A stretch of DNA of 64,000 nt from Sminthopsis crassicaudata (lineage: Eukaryota). The number at the start of each line of letters is the position of its first letter. Positions within the stretch are counted from its first letter, which is position 1. Location: contig NC_133617.1 of assembly GCF_048593235.1 (NCBI RefSeq), positions 74,980,937 to 75,044,936 of the forward strand, read 5' to 3'. A program made the translations under genes and the position numbers. Shown in pieces: positions 40,669 through 52,042 of this stretch. The notes under the pieces were generated by a model. It was not told the DNA's origin and did not search any database. It saw nothing but the letters and a program-made list of their open reading frames with translations.

Positions 40669-41056
40669 NNNNNNNNNNNNNNNNNNNNNNNNNNNNNNNN
40701 NNNNNNNNNNNNNNNNNNNNNNNNNNNNNNNNNNNNNNNNNNNNNNNNNNNNNNNNNNNNNNNNNNNNNNNNNNNNNNNNNNNNNNNNNNNNNNNNNNNN
40801 NNNNNNNNNNNNNNNNNNNNNNNNNNNNNNNNNNNNNNNNNNNNNNNNNNNNNNNNNNNNNNNNNNNNNNNNNNNNNNNNNNNNNNNNNNNNNNNNNNNN
40901 NNNNNNNNNNNNNNNNNNNNNNNNNNNNNNNNNNNNNNNNNNNNNNNNNNNNNNNNNNNNNNNNNNNNNNNNNNNNNNNNNNNNNNNNNNNNNNNNNNNN
41001 NNNNNNNNNNNNNNNNNNNNNNNNNNNNNNNNNNNNNNNNNNNNNNNNNNNNNNNN
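40669..41056. other. Assembly gap (N run)
   Basis: 388 Ns. Confidence 1.
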
Positions 41057-41859
41057 ATTGAATGTCTCTTTCACTACTCTCTTATTCCTAAATAATGTAT
41101 GATTAAAAAAAAAAAAAAAAAAGACTTACAGTGATGAGGTGAAAGCAGACAGCCCAGTATGTAAATGACCAACAAAACCTTATATCCTCTGGAGAAAAAT
41201 TCTTTCTTATACAAACTTCAGAAGACTTACAGTCTCTGGAGAAACTCCTTTGTTATACAAACTTCTCATATCTTCTGGAAAAAGAAAAGCCTTATCAGAT
41301 ACAAATTCTATTATCCTGTTGTGTATAAAATGAAGTTCCAAAATTCTATTCTTTGCAATATGGGGGGTGTTGCCTGCCAAGAACCATCTTGTGTTCTTTT
41401 CCTAATCAAAGCCTTTCTTGTCACAGCTTTGAGTAGGTGAATTCTTTCACCATGGATCCGGCCTTAGCACTTTGGAGAGGAGACAGACAGACAGAAAGAA
41501 GACCCATCCTTGCCCAGTATCACAACCTCTTCAAGAGTTCCAGATACTTTCCCTTTTCTCCCTAATAGAACAAGTAGCATGGACTTGATAAATTTGATTA
41601 ACTGACTAATAAAGTAGATACTTGTTTCTTGTACTCTAGTATAAATGGCTAAGCTAACAAAGCTACATTTCCTTCGTAACAATTCAAGTACCCTTCTTTT
41701 GTTTTAATAAGTACCTACTCCAGCCTACAAGCCCCACCTGATCTCAGTAAAATTGCTTTGCAAGAATCTATTGCTCTGGCAAGTGTAGCTCAGGAAGAGA
41801 GGATTTGTCTGTCTATGATTATACAGATAGATACAATATACACATAGATACCAAACTGA

Positions 41860-42469
41860 TGGTCTGCAGATCTCATCTGGACAATATACCAGCTCTGTGC
41901 CAGGAAACTAAATTGTTTCCATTTGAACTTTCTTAGGAAAATTCTGAAGATCACCTGACAGGATAAGATACCAGAAACTGAGATCCTTTCTGTAACTAAA
42001 CTGCCAAGTATTTTAACTCTACTGCAGAGAGCACAACCCTGTTAGGCTGGCCACATTGTTCGAATGCCACTCAATGTACCCTCGCCAAAAAGATTATTTT
42101 ATGGAGAACTCCATAGGGCAGGTGCTCACAGAGTGGTCAGAAAAAGTGCTACAAGGACACTCTCAAGGTCTCTCTTAAGAACTTCAGAATTAGGTGGCCC
42201 AGTGGATAGAGCACCAGCCTTGAATTCAGAAGGACCCGAGTTCAAATCTGGTCTCAGACACTTAACACTTCCTCGCTGTGTGACCCTGGGCAAGTCACTT
42301 AACCCCAGCCTCAGGGAAAAAAAAAAGAACTTCAGAATCCATTGTAGGATATGGGAGACTGGCACAATACTGCCCAGCACGGTGGGTATATGAGCAAAGA
42401 AGAATTGGATTAGCTCGGAAGAAATGGGAGATGTGCAGAGTCCCCCCAAATGTTCACATGCACTATTTG
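41860..42469 (+). mobile_element. RTE LINE 3' fragment with WSINE1 insert
   Basis: ctggacaatatacc...ggaaaattctgaagatcacctgacagg...cacatgcactatttgtg. Confidence 0.85.
42191..42326 (+). mobile_element. WSINE1, slightly 5'-truncated
   Basis: Perfect 14-bp TSD aagaacttcagaat (42177-42190 / 42325-42338). Confidence 0.9.
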
Positions 42470-43113
42470 TGTGGAGGTGATGGCTCCACCTTGCTATGTT
42501 CAGTCAGAAACCCGAGTTATGACAACCCCCAAGAGGAAATCTTCCCATAAATCTGTCCATGGCTCACACCATCTTTGCTGAATCCCTCATGGTGTCATAT
42601 CCCACAGGCACTCTGCCTCTTGGTGTCTTTTCCTTCACCCTTCTCCACACCACCCCCATGCTTCCTGGTGTCTTTCTCCTTCTTATAGCTAATTAGCTCT
42701 TTTAAGGTGCTAAATCTATTTTGCCATTTAGCCTGCCAGCTAAGGGCAACCTCATGGGGTTTCTCCAGTTTAATTGTTAAGCAAGGAGAAACAGGTTTCT
42801 CCTATTTAACTCTAAGTAAGGAGAAAAAGATTTCTTCTGTTTAACTGTAAGTAAGGAGAAAAAGGTTTCTCCTGTTTAACTGTAAGTTCCACTAGAGAAC
42901 TTGTCTTTTCCATTATTAATTGATAAAACCCCTTTCCTTGCTAACTATACTCTCCCACTCTATTTCCTATTTATCATTCCTGGTTTCTATTGTATTAATT
43001 CATTTTGTTGGTAATCTCTTTTCCTAAAGAAACCTACCTTTTGCCAAAGAAATTGACCACTTTGAATTCTTCACCCCAATAGCATTCTCATCTTTTAATA
43101 CTGAACCCCATCA
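42470..43113 (+). mobile_element. LTR (probable class I), ~644 bp, with internal 35-bp tandem repeat
   Basis: TGTGG...CCCCATCA ends; possible TSD TTTG, although the RTE does not visibly resume afterwards. Confidence 0.6.
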
Positions 43114-43371
43114 TTTGGAACTTGTAATTAGCAATTACCCTTCTTAACGTACATCATTTGGCCCTGAGCATATCATATGTGTGTACATGTGTGTGTATGC
43201 ATGCATGCATGTATGTATATACACATTTACATGTATATCTATGTATGTGTCCCTTGAAATAAAACACACACCATCCAATACGTGCTTATAGTGTTTATCA
43301 TATTCTTGAGTAAATAAACTGATTTACCTGTCTCTCCTGGGCTCTTATTTGGACTAACAAGTTCCCTTAAA

Positions 43372-43513
43372 NNNNNNNNNNNNNNNNNNNNNNNNNNNNN
43401 NNNNNNNNNNNNNNNNNNNNNNNNNNNNNNNNNNNNNNNNNNNNNNNNNNNNNNNNNNNNNNNNNNNNNNNNNNNNNNNNNNNNNNNNNNNNNNNNNNNN
43501 NNNNNNNNNNNNN
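43372..43513. other. Assembly gap (N run)
   Basis: 142 Ns. Confidence 1.
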
Positions 43514-43809
43514 NTCATATTACAGTATTCCTTAAAATTTATATGTTAATGGTGGTATTGTCCTTCTAGAAAAAAACTAATGACACAATGACGATGTCTT
43601 GACTTGAATGTGAATTACACCTAAATGAGACAGAACTGAACTCCTCCAATCATTTGAGTCCAATTGCAAGCAAGACAAATTACCTTGGTTACAGTAGGTG
43701 ACTTTGGTCTTTCTAAATTAAGATCTTTCTTAGGTCTCAGTTTGTCTGAGACGACATCTGGAGGGAAAGGACCTCAGAGTTTCTGGCCAGAGCAGAAAAA
43801 CAATTGCTC

Positions 43810-43937
43810 TTTTGCTGAGGCAGTTGGGGTTAAGTGACTTGCCCAAGGAAGTGTGAAGTGACTAAGACCAGATTTGAACTCAGGTCCTCCTGACTTCAGG
43901 GCTAGTGCTCTATCCATTTCATCAGCTAGCTGCTCCT
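43810..43937 (-). mobile_element. WSINE1 with internal deletion
   Basis: gaggcagttggggttaagtgacttgcccaag[gap]gaagtg...agctagctgctcc. Confidence 0.75.
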
Positions 43938-45929
43938 TTTTACACTAATTCTAAGCCATTAGAACTGAAACTATGAGCCACAAAGACTTGGGATGGATCT
44001 ATTATTGACCATTCAATGAAAGCCAGAAGGATTTGGGTTTAAAGGGGTAGCTCAGTCACCTCCATAAAAGCCTATCTTTTCAGGGCTGTGTTGTACAGGT
44101 GTACTTGGTTCATACTTTGAAACAAATATCAAGACATCTCTCCACTATCACTATTACAAATAAATCATGTGAGGATGTGGAAATAAAGGGAGGGATATGT
44201 TACATATTGAGGTTTTGAGAGACAACATCTTTACCTTAGTCCCAATATCAAATACTCACCTATAAACCTTAGGTAATTGCCTTTTTACCCAAATCATCTT
44301 TTATTTTGTTTCTTTATCTTATTAATAACATGATGAAATTGGAAAGGGGAATAATTAGTAATAGATCAATTAATTGGATTATTGATTACTGATTGATTAT
44401 TGTGTTTACTAATGTTGGACTATTACTGAATCTTTCCATAATAACTTGATAATTATTGGATACTTATTTTTCCTTACAATAATTGTTTTCCTCATGCTAA
44501 GTCAAGAAATTATAAGTTGCTTCATTGCCAATGGCTTCTTATACAATTTTGAGAAAGGTATCAAAGGAAACAAGTTTTTTGATTGTCATAATACATTTTT
44601 TGTTAATGAAGGCATTGTTCTGACTCTCTGTGGTTCTATTTGGGGTTTTCTTGGCAGACACTATAATGATTTGCCATTTTCTTCTCCAGCTCATTTGAAA
44701 GTGAGGAAACAGGCAAACAGGATGAAGTGACTTGCTCAGATTTTAACTCACAACTTGAGTCTTCGTGACTTCAGGTCTGGCACTATCCAATGGGCCACTT
44801 ATCAACCCCATAATCCATTCATATGATAAAGATTTTCTTTTCCAGGACTATAATCCATTCTAAGTCATCAAAAATAGTAATTGCCTGAAAACTTGCTAGG
44901 AAAAGATTTCATCAGGTAATTCAGACGTTCAGCACTTCAGGTAAACATCAGCTTTGGATCTGTGGGTCCTAAGATAAAAGACTCTTTTTCTTCTAGAGGT
45001 TGAAATTCAATAGAAGTGACTGTGCATTGCAATAATTCTCTCACCCCTTCTCAAAAGTGAGATGAAATAATGCAATTGACAGGGTTCAGGGGACCAGTGG
45101 AAAGGAGGCTTGGTGGGTAAAGGAGAGGATCCAACAGGAATTTATGAGATTGGTTCCTACAGAGGGAGAACAAAGGCTTTATAAGGAGGAGATTATCAAG
45201 AAAATCAAAGAAAATGTTTCCCATTGCCTTTGTCTGGAGTGAATTTCTCTAGGAACATCCTGCATTGTTGTTGCAGGGTTGTGTCTTGAGAGAAGTCTGT
45301 AAAGGCCTGGAAATAAGAAGCTTTGGCCCACTTGCTCTCTCAGCAGGCCCCAGAGGAGATTAAGCTGCAGGATAATGCTATAATTTAGGGCCCACTGATG
45401 GGCCATCTTTCTGATTCCCTAGGTCATATTGACACTAGGCAGTGTTGCAGAAAAAAAACAAGGTGTCTCCTTTTGAGGTCTTGCAGACTGAATTAATCCC
45501 AATTATTCAGGAGACGGACTGAGGGAGAGTTCCCTGGTATAGAGGGGAACTGTCCCATGATGCTGTAAGAATTCTCCCAATAGCCACTCACTTCATCGTA
45601 AAGTGTTCTATGAGACAGAGACAAAGAGCACAGGAACTCAGGAGTATAAAGGCTCATATAAGGTTTCTAAACAGAACATCCTTCATCCAGAGGGAATTTT
45701 CTGGGCACAGGGGCCCACAGGCATTAAGACCCAGGAGGCCCCACCAGATCTTCCTAGATGTTTGGGGATCACTAGCTAAAGAGAGAGGGACTTAACTTGG
45801 GTCGAAGAGGGTTGAACAGAGTAGACTTTCCCCTTATGGGGTCACCAAAATGATAAAGGTTGTGCTCAGTGTCACAAGTTATCTGGAAAGAATTCATAAG
45901 TTCAGACCATCTGAAAGCAAGGGAATGAT

Positions 45930-46150
45930 CAAGGTATTTATATTGGAGGAAGTGGAGGGGTTGTTAATATTATATCCTCCTATTGCACAATTTTGGAGAA
46001 AAGGAGAATCTTGGATTTAGCCCATAAGTTTGGTGATGATATCTTCAAGTAGATTCCTACCAAACCAACTGCTACCACCCTGGGCAACTGAATTCCCTGC
46101 CAGCTGGTACTATCAGGAAGAAAGCCCTGACCAAGAAAAAAGAAAAATTT
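45930..46150 (+). pseudogene. Degenerate gamma-like ERV gag (p30 capsid) fragment
   Basis: Hand translation NIISSYCTILEKRRILDLAHKFGDDIF, then after a frameshift PASWYYQEESPDQEKR; resembles the ERV1 capsid pattern S.CCT.EEK.RI...AR..AD ... WDYQ. Confidence 0.45.
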
Positions 46151-46329
46151 AAAGTGATCTCCCAAAGATCTGATGTTGGAAAGTGACATGATGGTAAAAA
46201 TGGAGGTCAGTTCTCCCTCTTTAAAACATCCAAGGTGATTTTACTAATATTCATCTAAAAGAGTCTCTTTTTCTCTTTCTTTCCCTCCTTCCTTTCCTAG
46301 CTGCTTAGCTTGCAAAGGGGTAAGTGGGG

Positions 46330-46460
46330 GTGGGAGATAAAGAGAAAGAGAGAGAGACAGAGACAGAGACAGAAACAGAGAGAGAGATAGGGAGACAGGA
46401 GAGGGGGAGGGGAGGGGAAGGAGAAAAAGAGAAAGGGAGAAAGAGCGAAAGGAAGAGAAA
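46330..46460. repeat. Purine-rich (GA)/(CAGAGA)/(GGA) simple repeat
   Basis: agagaaagagagagagacagagacagagacagaaacagagagagag... Confidence 0.9.
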
Positions 46461-47367
46461 GTTTAAATATGTAGGAATGAAAGGAACATGAACAGAAAGA
46501 AGGCTGTAATCTGTACTGACAGTGTGAACAGAGTTTGGAAATTTTTGGAAATAGAAGTTTGCTATCACTTTAAAATCCCAGTAGTAAATAGCCTGTATTT
46601 ACATGATTATGGGGAGGGGAGCAGGTTTGGAGAATGTGCCAATGAAAATTTCAAGGTGAAGGCCTGCACTTTAAAGATAGCACTTAGCCTTTTCCTGGAT
46701 CACAAAAAAAAGGAAAAGGTTTATGTAAATTAGGAAACTATCAGAAAATAATTGAGTTTGATTGGAACATCTAGTAAAATATAGAGAGTCTTATAAATTA
46801 AAGCATTGGTCAATTTTAATGTAACTTTTTAAATTGCATATTAAAATTGGAAAGTTGACTCTAAGTTATATGAGACACCTACACATTTTTGTGATTATGT
46901 TCTATCTGAATTTTAAGAATTCTCTTGTTTTCTCCCTAAAACAAAAGAGAGTGAAGAATTTACAGATTAGGCACATAGTAATCAGAGATTGTTAGCTAAA
47001 GTAGATCAAGCCTAGAGACCTCAATTTTGGTTTCTCCCGAGTTAAGTGATTTTAGATAAGGCCAGGACTACATTCCATTGTCCAGGTGGCCGAAGAAGCT
47101 GTATATCACTTTGTCTAGTACATTCTACTGACCAACTAGGGGAACAGTAGACTTATGTGACCAATCACAACATAGAGGATGGGGTTTCAGAGGTTCTTTG
47201 TCCGAATGTATAAAAGCTGTAAGCATTTTCAAGGCCCCGTCCTGCTATGAAATTTGGCTCACAGACCAGGATGGGGTCCACTTCTTGAGATTCTAATAAA
47301 TAATCCTGCTTTCTATGAGTGATCTCTGTAGTAGTCAATTTGGGTAGGTCTTTTTGTCCCAAACAGT

Positions 47368-47385
47368 TGGGGGCTCATCCAGGAT
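47368..47385 (+). promoter_or_regulatory. Primer-binding site for tRNA-Pro
   Basis: tgggggctcatccaggat versus MLV-type TGGGGGCTCGTCCGGGAT; two differences, both CpG to CpA. Confidence 0.85.
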
Positions 47386-50300
47386 GGGGTCTTTGGGGGA
47401 GACGGCTGTGCACCCCAGACAGGAACAGGTGCCCACAGAGCAGTTTTTTCCATGGTCTCTGGCTCTGGATGGGCAGCCTCCCTCCTTCTTAGACAATTGT
47501 CTGAGGCAGAGGTACTCAGTGGAAAACAGAATTGAAGACTGAAGGAAGTAGAGTCCTGATGGCCGGCAATGCAGTCTGGAAGACTTACACATGTAATTTG
47601 AGGTATGCTTTCAGGGATCTGGGGGTCTATTGGCTGGGTCAGCGAAGACCTCAAGGGATTAGCCCTCCTAAATTTGTTTTTGGTGGGGAATACTGTCAAT
47701 CCCAAGGAAAAGACTCCCTGAATAGGCTCTCAGATGACTGTGAGCATGAGGGTGACCTCCACTGGTAATGGGATAGAAGCATTCCAAGAATTTGTATCAG
47801 GACATTAGCTAGGGAATTCAACTACTTAAATTTGTAAAATAGAGCTCTGCGTCTGTCTGTGTGTGTATGTTTGTCTGCTTTGCGTTTTTTATTCTGTTTT
47901 AAAAACTTGTAAGCAAACTTGTAAGAGATAAGAATTCAGCCTTTGTATTACAGGCTTAGAAAAATATCAGGCTGAATTGTGGGAACTGGAATTCATTCAG
48001 AGTAGTAATTCTTTCAGAGTAGCTTAGGTAAGAAAAGAAATTTGAAAAATCTTTTTCTCTCTCTCCCTTCAGCTTTGTGGGGAGAAGAGGGAAGAGGGAG
48101 AGAAGGGGAAAAATAAATACATAGATTGAAAGTTTGAAAAGTTTTGAGAAAATAGAAGAGCAGTGTGCTATCTATCACTTTAAAAGCTCCTGTAAACAAG
48201 GGACCCTGTTATCAGAACTTGGGGGGGGTTGTGGAATCTTGCCCCCGCCCCCAAAAAATTTCAAGGTAAAGCCAGGATTGGTGCTTAACTCTTTCATGGC
48301 TTACTAAAAAAAAAAAAAAAGAAGTTTGAATGGAATATCTAGGTAGATTTTAGGAAACTTCACAAACTAAAGTACTGGTTAATTTTAAAATAACTTTAAA
48401 TTGGTATGTGTGTTAAGATTGGAAATAAAAAATTGCAGATATTGGAAGGGAGGAATAAAAATAGAGTAAGAGAGGTAAATAGCTGAACATAGGGGCTCTC
48501 TGAGCTGTTAGATCTATGGGAAAACTAGGCATACTTCTAAAAAGAAATGAAAAATTTTTTTTCCAGGAGAAAAAAGAAAAATCATTATTAGCAAGTTTGC
48601 TTTCATGAAATTAGAGAACAGAAAGTTTAAGAAGGCTAAACTGGGTAATTGTTTGTCTGCAACATTTGATTAAGAGTTTTGGGAACTTACTATATTTTAA
48701 AGAGGTACTATAATTTTGAAATTGGGGGAAATACTTTTACTGTTGCTTTGTACAAGTTAGATTTATTCTAAGTATAAAATCTTAAGAATTGTTTGAATAT
48801 TTTGGCCTTTACAACTGAAAAGAAAAACTTTTTTTGCCTTATTGTTTGGTTGGACTTCAAATTAAAATATAGGTTAATAAACAAAATGCCAGTAGCTTAC
48901 CTTAGGGGAGGTCGTGTTTGCATCTCCCTACTTAAATGGTATATTGCTTTTTAAAAGTATTGGGTAATTTGTAAACTATATTATAAGTTTTATGAAATTT
49001 GGTTCAAAATTAATTGTGAATCTTGAAGTTTAAAGTTTAAAAAAAAGGTGATTTAAAGAAAAAGGACAAGAGAGATTGATTTACAAAAGCAATTAATAGT
49101 TTAAATGGAGCATCTAGTCAGAAGGGCTATTGGTTTGGGAGTGTTTAAAGTATGTTGGAGAAGGTTTGAGCAAGTAGACATTGGGAGGAGACTGAGAGAT
49201 GGGACAGGAAAATGAAGGTGATTTAAGAAGGATTGATTAGTAGGAGCAAATGATTTCAAGAAGAAATCAGTGGGAAAAAGAAGGAAGTGGTTGGAAAGGG
49301 TAGTCACAGAAAGATGGCTGTGAGACGGGATGTGTTTTTGCAGAGGGAGAGCAGCAGTGGAAAGTTGCAGGTGCTTTTGGCTGAAGAAAGCAAACTGATT
49401 TAAAGGGACAGGCTGCTCTTACAAGATGTTAATCAATTGAACATTTGTTTCTTTAGATACATAATGGTTTTTGTGTTTAAAAAAATATGATCAGAAATGT
49501 GATATATAGTTTGAAAGGGTTATTTCAAAAAAGTTCAATTGATATTTTCAAGAACTTTTCAGATTCTTTTATGTGAAAACAGGAAGTTTTAATTAACTGT
49601 ATCAATGCCAATTATCTGAAAGGGACTCCAAGAATAATCATTTTTGCCTTTGTCCTTTTGAAAATGTTTTTGTTGTGAACAATATGTAGTTGAGATTTTT
49701 CTACGTATTGTGTATTTTAAAAGCAAAATGATTGGTATAATGTTCAACTTATTCAAGATTCAACATCTACTTGGGCATGTAAGAATTGTGTGAATTTTCT
49801 AATATAAATTTCATACTTTTACCACTATAAGGTCATGGCAAATAACTGTTTGGGATTTATCTGAAGCTTTGGAGATAAAATCTCTTGGGCTTATAATTAA
49901 TACTATTTGGGAGTTTTAAAGTTCCACTCTCTTATGTGCTGAAGGGTGAGTTTTAACTGCTTATGTTAAGTTATAGTTTTGTTCTTGCATTTTTTCTTCC
50001 TATGACTGATTTATTTCTATGATAAGAGCAATAGTCAACAGAAACTGTTAATGTAATTCAATTATGTCAACCTAGTTATATGCAATTATTATATCCTAAA
50101 TGCTTAGACAAATAAGTATTTAGCCTGGTCATCTGTCTGTTACTAGATATTGTGTTTAAGTGTTTTTCAAAAGGTTTCTAAATGATAAGAAGACAAATAG
50201 AAAATCTCAGACTGTTCTAATCTTGTTAAATTTGGGTTTTTGTTGTTCTAGAAATTTTGGTCAAATTACAGATTATTAAACCTCTTCTGAGACGTGGATC

Positions 50301-51264
50301 AGCCCATCTGAAGCTTAGATTGACGCCACACCCACACCCCTGCATGGATGGAGAGCCTTCGCCCATTTCTCAGCCTGAAGCAGCCTAGATTGAGACCATC
50401 GCCCATGCTCCTGATGTAATTTGGACTGATATGGGGCCAGTGGGAAAGTGGTTGATGAATTATTGTTAAAATTACAACTGTATTACTGTGTGTTTAAGAT
50501 TTGGGATGGAAATTGTTAAATTGTATAACTATTGCTATTACGGATGTATAGGAACTTTATATGTGGGATGGTTATTTGATGCTTTAGCTTTGAAATCCCT
50601 TATTCTGTTGGAATTCTCTGATGGCCTGTTTTTAGGAAATCTCCAAGATATAGACACCTGTCTTGGGACTGGCAGTCTCCAGCCCTGTGACCCCAGTTTC
50701 TTCATTGGTATCTCAACATTCTCAGGCCTCTAAAGTTCATGGTTTTCCTGCCTTGATGGTCTAACTGTCTATGCTCTGATAGCTTTGCTCAGAAATCTGT
50801 ATTCTAGTAGCAGCCTTGTCTGTCCCTCTGCATGGGGACAGGTGGAGGTACTCCAAGCCTTACCCTTCTCCCTCTGAATGGGCAGCATGACTGTCTCGAG
50901 CACTGCTACTCCCTATATAAGCAGAAGCTGAGTTAAGTGCACAAATGACTGCAGACCACTTAACATAGTGAACTATCCATCTCAAACTGAGATGAGGGCC
51001 TTTGTACTATTGATAACTCTGGGGTTCTCAGGGAGAGACTTGCCCTTACCATAAGTCCTTGCACTTTCTAGTTTCGTTTTGATTTATTTGCTTTACATTG
51101 GGTTGGCCAAAATTATGGTGCTGAGACGTCTCAGGTATCTAGGGGAGGTAATTCAATAATTCAAATATTCAGAAGGAGAATGTGTAATGTTGTGCCTCAG
51201 TTTCCCTAGATTGTCATCTTTGTAAATTTATCTTTATATTTTTTTATGTATGCCAAATGCCAAT

Positions 51265-51564
51265 CTGTTCTGTGATAACTGTTTCCAAGACAGTTGGTAG
51301 AAGCAATTCTTATGGTATGGACTTATTGCAATCGGTGGTATTATCCTGTTGTCATTATGTCTACCCTGTATAATTATATCAGTAACCAGAATAGTTCAAC
51401 AGTCCCTATCAAAAGTATTGCATACAGAAGATGCTGTTAAAATTATGATTCTTCAGAGAAAAAGGGGCTGGAATGTATTAGAGAGGGATGATCTTGATTG
51501 TAAACTTGATAAACAATGTATAGATATGTTAATTGATTTTGAACAGTGTGTAAGTTCTTCATAG
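51265..51564 (+). pseudogene. ERV envelope TM membrane anchor and cytoplasmic tail remnant
   Basis: FCDNCFQDSW*KQFLWYGLIAIGGIILLSLCLPCIIISVTRIVQQSLSKVL...CVSSS*: hydrophobic helix with LPC motif just before the PPT and 3' LTR. Confidence 0.7.
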
Positions 51565-52042
51565 AAATATGATAAAAATCATTTACATATAACAAGAGGA
51601 GAATTGTGTGGAACAGAGAGATAAGGTGAATAACTTACAGATTAAGCACATATTGATCAGAGACTGTTAGCGACAGTAGATCAAGCCTATAGGCCTCAGT
51701 TTCGGCTTCTCCAGAGTCACTTGAGTTTAGATAAGGCCTGGATTACATTCCATTGTCCAAAGAAGGGATTATGTAGTGGAAGAAGATGTATATCACCTTG
51801 ACTACTACATTCCACTGACCAACTAGGGGAAGAGTAGACTTATCTGACCAATCACAACATATAGAGGGCAGTATTTTGGAGGTAAAAGCTGTAAGCATTT
51901 TCAAGACTCTGGCCCTATTCGGCTGTGAAATTTGGCTCGCAGACCAGGATGGCATCTGCTTCTCGAGATTCTAATAAATAATTCTGCTTTCTGTGAGTGA
52001 TCTCTGAGTAGTTAATTTGGGTAGGTCTTTTTGTCCCAAACA

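Larger units (their letters stand above)
46926..52042 (+). mobile_element. Class I (gamma-like) ERV remnant: LTR A ~46926-47365, PBS, AT-rich internal region lacking gag/pol, env tail, PPT, LTR B 51605-52042
   Basis: Two homologous LTRs both ending gggtaggtctttttgtcccaaaCA; AATAAA in each; PPT aagaggagaat before TG at 51605; 5' start of LTR A uncertain; no TSD found. Confidence 0.85.

Noticed and set aside
41180-41300. Decayed C2H2 zinc-finger (TGEKP) array
   Set aside because: The period is ~47 nt rather than 84 nt, and there is no Cys/His pattern.
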